DNA of 48,702 nucleotides from Candidatus Bathyarchaeota archaeon (GTDB lineage Archaea > Thermoproteota > Bathyarchaeia > TCS64). Shown here one piece after another: positions 37,981 to 48,001 of this stretch (position 1 is its first letter; every line of letters begins with the position of its first letter). The stretch covers positions 1 to 48,702 of the forward strand of contig JBDRQD010000031.1 in the NCBI GenBank assembly GCA_043826455.1, read 5' to 3'. The notes under the pieces were generated by a model, which saw only the letters and a list, made by a program, of their open reading frames with translations, made no database searches and was not told where the DNA came from. Made by a program: the position numbers and the translations under genes.

Positions 37981-38152
37981 GTCTAAAAGGCTGGAGACCT
38001 TCAAGGCACTGGTGAACGACGCCTTCAGGGGCGTCCCGCTGAACGTGAGGCAGGACAAGGCGGCGAAGATCCTCGCCGAGGCCCAGAAACACTTCACTGG
38101 GGAGGAGCTCCAGGAACTCCAGGACTACGTCTTCGAGAGGCTTGAGAAGTGA
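37973..38152 (+). CDS. Small hypothetical protein (59 aa)
   Basis: MSESKRLETFKALVNDAFRGVPLNVRQDKAAKILAEAQKHFTGEELQELQDYVFERLEK; coding-like codon usage; overlaps the previous stop. Confidence 0.6.
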   Translation: MSESKRLETFKALVNDAFRGVPLNVRQDKAAKILAEAQKHFTGEELQELQDYVFERLEK

Positions 38153-38420
38153 TGTTAAGGCGGCTTTGGCATGGAAGCGGCCGAAAAATGTGCTACTACG
38201 AGCCTCACTGCCTGGTCTGCTGGATCAAGCTTTTCTTAGTAGTCATAAAGCTGCGTTCACGCATCCAGAGAAAAGTCATGTTCTACGATACGAATACAAC
38301 ATCAACACGGTGATTCATTGTATCTGGAGACGGTGCTTGAGGCTGAATCTACTCTCGTATCCTTGGATAAAGAAGATTTCGTTGATAGGGTTAAGCTGAA
38401 ACCGTCTCCCATAAAAGTTC

Positions 38421-38766
38421 ATGTCTCAGAGTTCTAACGGTGCTTCCCTGCTATCCACGACGATTGACAGGCTCTTCGATGCGCGTGCGCATCTGCTTTC
38501 AAGGCTCTTCGATGAGAGGGCTGAGGGCTACGCTGACTGCTTCAAAAGGCTGGGTGAGAGAAAGGCGATAGCCGAAGAGTTGGCGGGGAGGCTTGCTTCA
38601 GCCGCCCGGCTGAGAAATCTGCTCGTTCACAGGTACTGGGAGATCGACGATCGGCGGGTCTACTCGTCGATCAAGGGGGGGCGTCGAGGACTTAGCTTTT
38701 AAGAAGGACGTGAGGTCGTTCATAGAAGGGGGGCCTCATTGGAGAGGATGGGTTGAGGGAGGTTGA
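38421..38766 (+). pseudogene. HEPN (DUF86/HepT-like) toxin, N-terminally truncated and frameshifted
   Basis: Rx4H motif RNLLVH followed by RYWEIDD; G7 run at 38675-38681 shifts the tail. Confidence 0.75.
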
Positions 38767-38773
38767 CCGTCTG

Positions 38774-39205
38774 ATGGGGTTCGACTTCAGAACCTGTCAT
38801 ATGGAGAGTGAGGAGAGGGAGGGGCTGCTCCGTGGGCTTAAGAGGCTTCTGGAGGGTGTGGGTGGCATAGTATTCGCGTATGCTCATGGGGGCTTCGTTG
38901 AACTTGACGAGTTCAGGGATGTCGATGCAGCCTTATGGGTTAAGGATCCTGAGGACGCGTTCAGCTATGCCGTCGACTTGTCGGCGAGGCTTGAAGCCGG
39001 GGTGGGGGTGCCTGTGGATGTCCACGTGCTCAACGATGCACCCTTGTCGTTCAAGTGTCACGTGTTCACGGAGGGGGAGCTCCTGCTGTCGGCTGATGAT
39101 GAGTTTAGGGTGAGGATGCTCGACGAGACGCTGAGAAGATACTTTGACGTCAAGGAGCTGAATAGAGCTGCCGTCAAGCCCGGATCGTTTAATGAGCGCC
39201 GTTAG
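38774..39205 (+). CDS. Minimal nucleotidyltransferase (MNT antitoxin)
   Basis: FAYAHGGF...RDVDAAL, VDVHVLNDAP; adjacent to HEPN; start ATG38774 (SD GGAGGT) or TTG38753. Confidence 0.82.
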   Translation: MGFDFRTCHMESEEREGLLRGLKRLLEGVGGIVFAYAHGGFVELDEFRDVDAALWVKDPEDAFSYAVDLSARLEAGVGVPVDVHVLNDAPLSFKCHVFTEGELLLSADDEFRVRMLDETLRRYFDVKELNRAAVKPGSFNERR

Positions 39206-40109
39206 CAATAAGCCTCTAATCGTTGCCTGTATTCCGGCTTTCAACGAGGAGCGGAGTATAGGCGGCGTCGTGGTCAGGGCTTTGAGGTACGTGGACAGGG
39301 TCGTCGTCTGCGACGATGGGTCCCGGGATCTGACTGGTGTGATCGCTGAAGGGCTGGGGGCAGTTGTTGTAAGGCATGAACGGAATAGAGGTAAAGGGGC
39401 GGCTTTGAGGTCTGCTTTCCTACGTGCAAGGGAGTTGGGGGTGGATGTGATTGTGATGCTTGATGCTGATGGTCAGCATGACCCTGAGGAGATCCCTGGG
39501 CTCGTTGAGCCGGTTCTGAAGGGGGAGGCGGATATGGTTGTGGGGTCGAGGTACGTTGGGGGTTCTAGGATGGATGCACCGTTCTATCGGAGGGTTGGGC
39601 TGAGTTTGTTCAACGCGTTGAGCGGTGGGAGCGGTGACTCGGGTGTGGGCGATACTCAGAGCGGCTTCAGGGCGTTCTCTGCTAAAGCCCTGGATGTGGT
39701 GGTGGGGTGTAAAGCTGAGGGTTATGGGGTGGAGACGGAGCAGCTGGCGTTGGCGCAGAAGAGTGGTTTGAGGGTCGTGGAGGTGCCGGTGTCCGTTCGT
39801 TACCGCGGTCTGGGGAAGACGTCGAAGAAGAATCCTGCTTATCATGGGTTTGAGATCGTTGACACAGTTCTTAGGTTGGTCGTCTTAGAGAGGCCGCTGC
39901 TGTTCCTGGCTCTGCCCGGCGCGGCTCTATTTTTGGTTGGGGTCGGGTTCGGAGTATATTTCTTATGGTATTTCAATTTGACACGGTATTTCAGTGTCCC
40001 GATGGCGCTGGTAACGGTTGGGGCGGTCTTCCTGGGGATGCTTCTGTTAATATCGTCTATGATGCTCTACGCGATAAAGAGTGTGGGGCGTAATGCAAGA
40101 AGCGAGTAG
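39192..40109 (+). CDS. GT2 glycosyltransferase, dolichol-phosphate sugar synthase-like
   Basis: IPAFNEE, DDGS, NRGKG, DADGQH, DTQSGFRA; two C-terminal TMs. Confidence 0.9.
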   Translation: MSAVSNKPLIVACIPAFNEERSIGGVVVRALRYVDRVVVCDDGSRDLTGVIAEGLGAVVVRHERNRGKGAALRSAFLRARELGVDVIVMLDADGQHDPEEIPGLVEPVLKGEADMVVGSRYVGGSRMDAPFYRRVGLSLFNALSGGSGDSGVGDTQSGFRAFSAKALDVVVGCKAEGYGVETEQLALAQKSGLRVVEVPVSVRYRGLGKTSKKNPAYHGFEIVDTVLRLVVLERPLLFLALPGAALFLVGVGFGVYFLWYFNLTRYFSVPMALVTVGAVFLGMLLLISSMMLYAIKSVGRNARSE

Positions 40110-41601
40110 GACTTTTCAAGGTCTTTTCACGCGGACCTATACGTCTCTGCGGGAGCGCTTTGTGTTCAAGTTCAGTCTGCGTACGACGCTGCTGGTAGGG
40201 ACGGCTGTTAGGCTGTTGTTGATGCCCTTCACGGCTCACCCCTTCGATGTCTACTGCTGGTACATGTATTGCATGGATGTTTTAAGGTATGGTTTCGATT
40301 TCAGCGTCCTGAAGTCTGTGAATTCTCTCTGGTTCCTCACGTTGACTCCTATAGCCTTCGTGTACGGGTTCCTGTCTTCTGCTACGGGTTGGGGGGCGAC
40401 CGCGGTGGATGCTCTGCCTGCTTCGTTTAATCCGTATTATGGTATAGTTTGGGTTCCAGGTCCCTTGTTCAATACGTTGGTTAAGGTTCCCATGTTGTTG
40501 GCTGATGTAGGGACCGCCCTGGTCTTGTACCGTTTGATGAAGAGGTTTTCAGAGACGGGGTTGGCTGAGAAGGTGGTTGCGCTCTTTTACTTGAACCCGA
40601 TGTCGATCTGGATTTCTTCTGTGTGGGGGCAGAACGATTCGATACCAGCTTTCTTCACGGTTCTCTCCGTTTACCTGCTACTCGGCGATAGAGTTGTTCC
40701 TTCAGCGGTATCGTTGTTGTTGGCCACGCTTTTCAAGGTTTATCCAGCGGCTTTTATCATTCCAGCATCGGTTTATCTGTTTAAGAGGGGAAAGCAAAAA
40801 AAGTTGTTGAATTTTCTCTCATTTTTTATAGTACCTTACTTTCTTTTCTTGGTTACAGGTGGAATCCCGGCGGTGAATAATCTTTTGAGTCTTATACTTG
40901 GCTTCTTCTTACCTCATTGGAACTTTCATGGTGTTTTTGGGTTTGGTTTAACCTACTGGTCTTGGTCGATGGTGGTTTCTCTAGACCCGAGTATCTGGGC
41001 TCCTGTATCCGCTCTCTTGATGACTGTGCTCTTCTCCATTTTGCTATATTTTGTTTCAAAGACTAGGTTTTACGATCCATTGAAGGATTTAGCGATGGCC
41101 GCTTATCTGGTTGCTGCCGCCTTCTTCTTGAGCAGTAACCTCGTTAGTGAGGCTCGTTTTGTTTGGCTGCTGCCTTTCCTTGTCCTATTGGTAGGGGAAG
41201 GAGTGGTTTCGGTGAAGATGTTTGGGTTGATTTCGCTTACGGCTTTCTTGTATACGCAGAAGAATTTCCCTTACTATCTACTTCCCGTTGCCACTCTAAA
41301 TAGTGATGTTTTGACTCCCCTGTTTCGTATAGCTGCCCCATTTGGAGATGTTGTCCAAGGTGCATTGTTACCTAGCTCTGCTGGCGCTGTAATCTTGGCC
41401 ACTTTGGGGACCTTGTTCTCGATGCTGATATTAGTGATATACTTCAAGGTTCTAAGAGAAGTGGAGCTTAGTTGGTCTTCGATTAGAAGATTCACGGGTA
41501 AGACTGTTAGAACTGAAGCTGATAGGAAACTTGGGTCTTCTTTAGAGAAATTCATATTGCGTGCGCGCGCTCTGGTCCACAAAGAAATAAAAGTCATTTG
41601 A
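40093..41601 (+). CDS. GT-C fold polytopic glycosyltransferase (GT87/PIG-M-like)
   Basis: HPFD, KVPMLLAD, LNPMSIWISSVWGQNDS, FKVYP; many TMs. Confidence 0.75.
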   Translation: MQEASRTFQGLFTRTYTSLRERFVFKFSLRTTLLVGTAVRLLLMPFTAHPFDVYCWYMYCMDVLRYGFDFSVLKSVNSLWFLTLTPIAFVYGFLSSATGWGATAVDALPASFNPYYGIVWVPGPLFNTLVKVPMLLADVGTALVLYRLMKRFSETGLAEKVVALFYLNPMSIWISSVWGQNDSIPAFFTVLSVYLLLGDRVVPSAVSLLLATLFKVYPAAFIIPASVYLFKRGKQKKLLNFLSFFIVPYFLFLVTGGIPAVNNLLSLILGFFLPHWNFHGVFGFGLTYWSWSMVVSLDPSIWAPVSALLMTVLFSILLYFVSKTRFYDPLKDLAMAAYLVAAAFFLSSNLVSEARFVWLLPFLVLLVGEGVVSVKMFGLISLTAFLYTQKNFPYYLLPVATLNSDVLTPLFRIAAPFGDVVQGALLPSSAGAVILATLGTLFSMLILVIYFKVLREVELSWSSIRRFTGKTVRTEADRKLGSSLEKFILRARALVHKEIKVI

Positions 41602-41632
41602 ATGTAATTCTGGTAATCTGCTGGAGAAAATA

Positions 41633-42139
41633 TTGGTGCAGTTACTGATTAACGAAATTCTTTTCACCGCTTTAATTGTAGCAATTGTCATTATTTTGGT
41701 TCTCTTGTTCAGAAACATTAGTCGTAGTTCAGAAAAAATATCTGACTTGAAAATCATACCTACGGTTCAAGAACTAGTTAACTATGCACGTGAGCACTTG
41801 GAATTATTAAAAAAGAACAATGTTCTCATTGATAGAATACATTATTTTTCAAATAAGTTACTGCGAGAATTAAACAAATACGTGCGCGCCAAAATGGCAA
41901 TAAACATCACCCGAATAGTGAGGTATTTGCGTCAGAATCTTGGGGCTCCATTTGTTATCGTCTTTCAGCTGCTTCTATTGGTTTGCGCGGTTTTATTGAT
42001 TAGGGGGTATTCGAATCTGGCTAATGAGGTTGCGATATACGCGTATTATTCTCTGGTGATCGGCGTCGTCTTGCAGTTGGTTTCGTTTCTTCGTCACAGG
42101 GATGGGGTAGGGGAGACGGGTGTTGAAGAACGATGTTGA
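41633..42139 (+). CDS. Hypothetical membrane protein
   Basis: N-terminal TM and two C-terminal TMs. Confidence 0.6.
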   Translation: MVQLLINEILFTALIVAIVIILVLLFRNISRSSEKISDLKIIPTVQELVNYAREHLELLKKNNVLIDRIHYFSNKLLRELNKYVRAKMAINITRIVRYLRQNLGAPFVIVFQLLLLVCAVLLIRGYSNLANEVAIYAYYSLVIGVVLQLVSFLRHRDGVGETGVEERC

Positions 42140-42863
42140 TGTCTCGTTGGTCATACCGGCTTACAATGAAGAGGCTACAATTGAAAAGATGGTTGCTCGG
42201 GTGGACCGTGTTCTTAGGGAGACCGCGCTAAAGTATGAGCTTATTATTGTTAACGATGGAAGCCGGGATACGACGTGGAGAAGTGCTTTGAATTTGTCTC
42301 TGAAGAATGGTAACTTGAAAGTGGTAGGTTACGCTGTTAATCAGGGGAAGGGTTATGCGATTAGAGAGGGTTTTTCACGTGCTAGCGGTGATGCAGTTGT
42401 ATTTCTTGATAGTGACTTGGATATCGCTCCAGGTCAGATAAGCTCCTATCTCCAGGCGCTTAAGTATGGGGATCTTGTTATTGCATCGAAGCGTCACCCC
42501 AAGTCGGTTGTTGAGGTGCCGTTTCTGCGTAGGTTTCTGAGTTATGGGTTTAATATCTTTGTCAAATTATTGACTGGGCTTAGGGTGAGTGACACTCAGA
42601 CGGGGTTGAAAGCGGTTAGGCGAAAGGCACTGGAGCCAGTGTTCTCGGTATTGACCGTTCGCCGGTTTGCTTTTGATGTGGAGCTTCTGACAGTTGCAAA
42701 TCTTTACGGCTTGAAGATCGTTGAGATGCCTGTAAAGATCCGGTTAACGAATACACTGTTCAGTCCTTTTCAGGTGTGGAAGATGTTCGTAGACCTACTC
42801 GGGATCTCGTATAGGCTGAGGGTTCTAAGATGGTATCAGCGCGCGCCTGCAGGCTTATGTTGA
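42120..42863 (+). CDS. GT2 glycosyltransferase, dolichyl-phosphate glycosyltransferase-like
   Basis: IPAYNEE, NDGS, NQGKG, DSD, DTQTGLK, FAFDVELL. Confidence 0.9.
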   Translation: MLKNDVDVSLVIPAYNEEATIEKMVARVDRVLRETALKYELIIVNDGSRDTTWRSALNLSLKNGNLKVVGYAVNQGKGYAIREGFSRASGDAVVFLDSDLDIAPGQISSYLQALKYGDLVIASKRHPKSVVEVPFLRRFLSYGFNIFVKLLTGLRVSDTQTGLKAVRRKALEPVFSVLTVRRFAFDVELLTVANLYGLKIVEMPVKIRLTNTLFSPFQVWKMFVDLLGISYRLRVLRWYQRAPAGLC

Positions 42864-42952
42864 AGAGATGGGATCAATCCAACTTAGATGACGCAAAGTC
42901 GCGCTCGCAAATAGTGATCCACGAGAGTGTTACTCGCGACATTAACGTGGTT

Positions 42953-43912
42953 ATGAATAAGATGCATGAAGATCTCTCGGTTTCGATAATAATCCCCTGC
43001 ATTAGAATAGATGATTACACAAGACAATGCATTGAACACTGTAAGCGACTAGACTATGGAAACTATGAGGTTGTTCTGCTCCCTGATGTCGAATCGGATA
43101 GGGTGGACGGGGTTAAAGTCATTCCTACTGGTTCTGTGCCTCCTGGGGCGAAGAGGAATATTGGGATTGCTAACTCCTTTGGTGAGATCTGTGCCTTCAT
43201 AGACTCCGATGCTTATCCGAAAAATGATTGGCTGAAGAATGCAGTTAGATATTTTGGCGTATCAGAGGTCGCAGCTGTAGGAGGTCCTGGGCTTACACCT
43301 GGTGAGGATAGTTTAATGCAAAAGGCTAGCGGCTTTGTTCTATCCTCCTTCATGGTTGGTAATCTATCGAAAAGATACAAGTCCAAAAATACTCGGGAAT
43401 CAGATGACATACATTCATGTAATTTTATTGCTCGTAAGTTTGTTTTAACAGAGAGTGGTGGATGGAATGAGGAGTACTGGCCTGGAGAGGACACGTTGAT
43501 TTGTAGGGGGATAAAGAAGATTGGTATGAGGATGGTTGAGGCTCCTGATGTTGTTGTTTATCATCATCGTAGGCCTTTATTCTTGAAGCATTTAAGACAG
43601 GTTTCTAGTTATGGTTTGCATAGGGGCTTCTTTGCGAAGAGGTTTAAGGAGAATTCGCTTAGGCCGCTGTATTTTGCGCCCTCGTTGTTGGTAGTGGCTC
43701 TTTTATCAGGAAGCTTGCTTTCGCTTGTCAATGGGTTGGTTTTTATAGCTTTCCTTTTATTTTTAACTGTTTATTTGTTTCTCTGTATGGTTGCTTCTAT
43801 TGTTGAGGTTAGAAGTTTAATGCTTGTGCCTGTAGTTTGTTTAGGGATAGTTTTAACGCACTTGGCGTATGGCGTATCCTTCATGATTGGGTTTGTCAAG
43901 AGTGATCTTTAA
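42953..43912 (+). CDS. GT2 glycosyltransferase with C-terminal TMs
   Basis: VSIIIP, KRNIG, FIDSD, PGED, VYHHRR; start uncertain (42830-42962). Confidence 0.88.
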   Translation: MNKMHEDLSVSIIIPCIRIDDYTRQCIEHCKRLDYGNYEVVLLPDVESDRVDGVKVIPTGSVPPGAKRNIGIANSFGEICAFIDSDAYPKNDWLKNAVRYFGVSEVAAVGGPGLTPGEDSLMQKASGFVLSSFMVGNLSKRYKSKNTRESDDIHSCNFIARKFVLTESGGWNEEYWPGEDTLICRGIKKIGMRMVEAPDVVVYHHRRPLFLKHLRQVSSYGLHRGFFAKRFKENSLRPLYFAPSLLVVALLSGSLLSLVNGLVFIAFLLFLTVYLFLCMVASIVEVRSLMLVPVVCLGIVLTHLAYGVSFMIGFVKSDL

Positions 43913-43914
43913 AA

Positions 43915-45378
43915 ATGAAAGTCTACATCTCTTATCCGCCAATTGAAAACACGAAGGGTGTACCGCTGCTTTCGCAGAACCGGCAGTTCCAATGGTTCTC
44001 AGATCCAACCTACATTTATCCAGTGGTCCCAGCCTATGCCGCCTCTCTGCTTAAAGAAGCGGGCTACGATGTTGTCTGGGACGATGCTATAGCTGAAGAG
44101 AAAATCTATGAGGAGTGGCTAAGTAGCATTGGAAAGAGCCAACCCGATATAATGATGATCGAGACGAAGACTCCTGTTGTGAAGACGCATTGGAAAATCG
44201 TTGAAGATGTAAAGGAAGTCAGTCCAGAAACCCGGGTTGCTCTTGTTGGGGATCATGTTACCGCTCTGCCGAGAGAATCCATGGAGAACAGTGAGACTGA
44301 TTATATTCTCACTGGTGGAGATTATGATTTTCTCCTATTAAACTTGATAGAGTACTTGAGCGGTAAGACGGATGTTCTTGAGCCTGGAGTGTGGTTTAGA
44401 AAAGATGGAGAGATAATGAATAGTGGAGACTTCGTGCTTAATCATGATCTTAACATTCTTCCCTTTATAGATCGGGAGTTAACGAAGTGGCGTCTCTATG
44501 CATATAAAAATGGTAATTTTAAAGCTACTCCGGGATTTTATACGATGGTTGGGCGAGATTGCTGGTGGAGGAGAAACGGCGGATGCACGTTTTGTTCGTG
44601 GCCCACCTTGTATCCGGTTTTTAGGGTAAGAAAACCTGAGCTTTTAGTGAACGAGATCGGAGTATTAATAGAAAAATATGGAGCCAGGGAAATCTTTGAT
44701 GACACGGGCACGTTTCCAGTTGGGGTTTGGCTAAGAAAATTTTGTGAGCTGATGATCGAGCGTGGTTACAATGAGAAAGTTCGTATTAGTTGCAATATGA
44801 GGTTTGGAGCCTTAAGTCAAGAAGATTATCAGTTGATGAGGAAAGCAGGTTTCAGAATGCTGCTCTTCGGTTTGGAGTCAGCTAGCCAGAGGATCCTGGA
44901 TGAGTTGAATAAAGGTTTGACTGTGGATGAGATTGTTGATTCTTGTAGAAAGGCGAAGGAGTCTGGGTTAACGGTTCATATTACCATCATGTTTGGCTAT
45001 CCCAATGCGTCAAGGCAGGAGGAGTTACAAACTTATCAGTTAACGAAGAAGTTGATGGATGGTGGCTGTGCTGACACGTTGCAAAGCACGCTTTTGATGC
45101 CTTATCCAGGTAGCAGGTTGTATGAGATGGCTTTGGAGAATGGGTGGTTGAGGTTTTCGCCTGGTGAGTGGGAGCTTTGGGACATGTCTGAACCAGTTTT
45201 GAAGAGCGGTGGTATGTCGCCTGAAGAGGTTAAACGGTTATGTGATGAGACTTACAGGTTATTCTGGTCTCCAAAATATGTTTTGAGGAAATTGCTTTCT
45301 ATACGATCGTTTGAAGATCTTAGGTTTAGTTTTCGTGGGGCTCGTAAGGTTCTAGGCCATATAAAGGACTTTAAGTGA
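43915..45378 (+). CDS. B12-binding radical SAM protein
   Basis: N-terminal cobalamin-binding-like domain, CWWRRNGGCTFC, FGLESAS, MFGYP, PYPGS. Confidence 0.85.
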   Translation: MKVYISYPPIENTKGVPLLSQNRQFQWFSDPTYIYPVVPAYAASLLKEAGYDVVWDDAIAEEKIYEEWLSSIGKSQPDIMMIETKTPVVKTHWKIVEDVKEVSPETRVALVGDHVTALPRESMENSETDYILTGGDYDFLLLNLIEYLSGKTDVLEPGVWFRKDGEIMNSGDFVLNHDLNILPFIDRELTKWRLYAYKNGNFKATPGFYTMVGRDCWWRRNGGCTFCSWPTLYPVFRVRKPELLVNEIGVLIEKYGAREIFDDTGTFPVGVWLRKFCELMIERGYNEKVRISCNMRFGALSQEDYQLMRKAGFRMLLFGLESASQRILDELNKGLTVDEIVDSCRKAKESGLTVHITIMFGYPNASRQEELQTYQLTKKLMDGGCADTLQSTLLMPYPGSRLYEMALENGWLRFSPGEWELWDMSEPVLKSGGMSPEEVKRLCDETYRLFWSPKYVLRKLLSIRSFEDLRFSFRGARKVLGHIKDFK

Positions 45379-45382
45379 ATCT

Positions 45383-46199
45383 ATGATGAAGGAGACATTG
45401 ACAACCGATATCAGGGATGTTGTAGTCCTCCTTTTTTCAGAGGGCAATAACCTAGAAGAAATTTCGTTGACTTTAAGCATTCCCATTGCGCGCGGGCCGA
45501 TTCAATAATTTACTGGGTTTACTGGGGGCCCGTGTCTTCTGCTTTTTTATGAGGAAAACAAAGATCTGTTCCCCCAAACTATTAATCAAAAACCTGGATT
45601 CTAGCACCGATCCAACCAATCCTCTGGACGGGCCTACACACCGAAGGCCCAGGAAGACCAATCCAATACAACCCAATATGCGACCTAAGAGCCCTCATGC
45701 TACGACAGCTCCTCCAGATCCCATACATCAAAGACCTCTCAAAATGGCTGAGAAGAGACACCTACCTCAGAAAAGCCTGCGGATACGGCAAAAAAGCGCC
45801 ATGCGAGCCCCACTTCACCCAGATGAAGGAACGCATCGGAGCTGAGGGCTTCCGCATCATAGAGGCTTGGACACGACACGAGGCCCTCAAGCTCAGAAGA
45901 AGCCAGCCCCTGACCGCCGTCGGCCTCATCCAGGCCGCATGCATGGACGGCACCGACATACCCGCCTGGAGCAGCCGGGACCCCCACGACACCGGCCGGG
46001 ACCTCGGCGACCCGGATACCCGTGTGGGCCAGGGCAAGAAGGGCTTCAGCCTCGGATACCAATCCCTCTTCCTCGTGGACATCGCGCGCGCGGCCGTGCG
46101 GTAGCCCGCACTACTATGCTGAACCACATCACAAGACCACCAACACCCCATTATTGAATCCGCCCGCGCGCAACGATTAGGCGACATAGACGTGGTTAA
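45383..46199 (+). pseudogene. Tiny HTH gene (44 aa) interrupted by the IS
   Basis: Removing the IS and one GC copy gives MMKETLTTDIRDVVVLLFSEGNNLEEISLTLSIPIATIRRHRRG*. Confidence 0.6.
45490..46169 (+). mobile_element. Internally deleted IS (DDE transposase remnant, IS5/IS1182-like)
   Basis: 20-bp TIRs GCGCGGGCCGATTCAATAAT / ATTATTGAATCCGCCCGCGC (1 mismatch), flanking GC duplication, transposase fragment LRKACGY..ACMDGT..GDPD..GY. Confidence 0.82.
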
Positions 46200-46252
46200 G
46201 CAACGGAGTCATATAAAATAAAAATCAGTTGTAGGGTAAAGGTAGACTAAAT

Positions 46253-47173
46253 ATGAAAATTATGTTGACGGGATCCTCTGGTATGATAGGTACGAGATTA
46301 TTTGAGAAACTTCTTCAATTAGATCATGACGTAATAGGCATAGATAGGAAACAAAATAAATGGAATAAATCTCTGAACAAAAGAACAAGTAAAATAGATT
46401 TATTGAAACAAAGTGATTCAATAAAATTACCCGATGATATCGATTTCATAATCCATTTAGCTGCGAACGCAAGGGTTTATGAACTTGTCCAAAAACCAGA
46501 GCTGGCGCTGGAGAATATGGTCACCACTTTTAATGTTTTGGAATTTGCAAGAAAGAACAAAGTAAATAAAATTATCTTTTCATCTTCGAGGGAAATTTAT
46601 GGAAATTCAATTGATGAAAATTTAATGGCAGAAGATAAAGTAAAAATTGAAAACTGCGAAAGTCCTTACTCTGCTTCTAAGATTAGTGCCGAAGCATTGA
46701 TCCATGCGTATAGAAAAGCGTATGAAATAGATTTTGCAATTATTAGATTTACAAATATTTATGGTATGTACGACGGCAGTGACAGAGTAATTCCGTTATG
46801 GATAAGACAAGCCATTAAAAATGAAAATTTAATAATTTATGGTGAGAATAAAGTCCTAGATTTCACTTACATAGATGATGCTATTAATGGCGTTATGAAA
46901 ATAATTAAAAGATTTGATAATATTAAGGCAGAAACTTTTAATATAGCTTATGGAAAGGCTGTGAAGTTAACTTATGTTGCTAATAAAATAAGAGAATTAC
47001 TTCAAAGTGAGAGTAAGATAATAATAACAGAAAATCGTCTCGGTGAAGTTTGGAAATGCCAAGCTGATATTTCCAAGGCAGCGAAATTACTTGATTATGA
47101 ACCAAAAGTAGGCATAGATGAAGGATTAGCAAAGACAGTAGAATGGTATAAGAAATTCGAAAAGGGGACGTGA
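46253..47173 (+). CDS. NAD-dependent epimerase/dehydratase
   Basis: TGSSGMIG, HLAA, SSS, YSASK, RFTNIYG, DFTYIDD. Confidence 0.93.
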   Translation: MKIMLTGSSGMIGTRLFEKLLQLDHDVIGIDRKQNKWNKSLNKRTSKIDLLKQSDSIKLPDDIDFIIHLAANARVYELVQKPELALENMVTTFNVLEFARKNKVNKIIFSSSREIYGNSIDENLMAEDKVKIENCESPYSASKISAEALIHAYRKAYEIDFAIIRFTNIYGMYDGSDRVIPLWIRQAIKNENLIIYGENKVLDFTYIDDAINGVMKIIKRFDNIKAETFNIAYGKAVKLTYVANKIRELLQSESKIIITENRLGEVWKCQADISKAAKLLDYEPKVGIDEGLAKTVEWYKKFEKGT

Positions 47174-47176
47174 AGG

Positions 47177-48001
47177 TTGAGAGGGTTTCCTTTGGTTTCA
47201 GTAGTTGTAACTACAAAAAATGAAGAAAACAATATAGCTAATTGTCTCCAGTCCATAAGAAATCAAACATATCCTGAGGGGAAAATAGAGATAATTGTGG
47301 TGGATAACTATTCACCTGACAAGACAATTGAGATAGCTAAAAAATTCACTGATAAAGTTTACACTAAAGGTCCACAAAGATCTACACAGTTAAATTTTGG
47401 TGTTCAAAAAGCGAAGGGTGAATATGTTTTTTATCCTGATGCAGATATGATATTATCTAAAAATGTTATTATAGAGTGCGTTGATAAATGTGAAAGTAAA
47501 GATTATGTTGCTTTATATATTCCGGAAAAAATTATTGGCAATGGTTTTTGGATAGATATAAGAGATTTTGAAAGAAGCTTCTATAACGCAACTTGTATTG
47601 ATGCTGCTAGATTCGTTAGAAGAGATAAATATTTGGAAATTGGTGGATTTGACGAAAAATTGGATTTTGGGCCAGATGATTGGGATTTTAGTAGACGAGT
47701 TAAAGAAGTTGGCAAAGTTGAGATAACAACCGCTATTTTATATCATAACGAAGAAGGATTCAACCTTAAGAGATATCTAGAGAAAAAGAGGCGCTATTCC
47801 AAAACTTTTAACAAATATATTCAAAAATGGGGCAAAGATGACCCACTAATAAAAAAACAATTTGGAATCTGGTATAGATTATTTGGTGTTTTTATTGAAA
47901 ATGGGAAGTGGAAGAAACTTCCGAGTCATCCCATTAAAACCCTTGGAATGTACTTTTTGAGGTTTATGGTAGGAATCACCTACTTTAGGTCGCGTATATG
48001 A
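47177..48001 (+). CDS. GT2 glycosyltransferase
   Basis: VSVVVTTKNEE, VDNYS, DAD, GGFDE..GPDD. Confidence 0.9.
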   Translation: MRGFPLVSVVVTTKNEENNIANCLQSIRNQTYPEGKIEIIVVDNYSPDKTIEIAKKFTDKVYTKGPQRSTQLNFGVQKAKGEYVFYPDADMILSKNVIIECVDKCESKDYVALYIPEKIIGNGFWIDIRDFERSFYNATCIDAARFVRRDKYLEIGGFDEKLDFGPDDWDFSRRVKEVGKVEITTAILYHNEEGFNLKRYLEKKRRYSKTFNKYIQKWGKDDPLIKKQFGIWYRLFGVFIENGKWKKLPSHPIKTLGMYFLRFMVGITYFRSRI

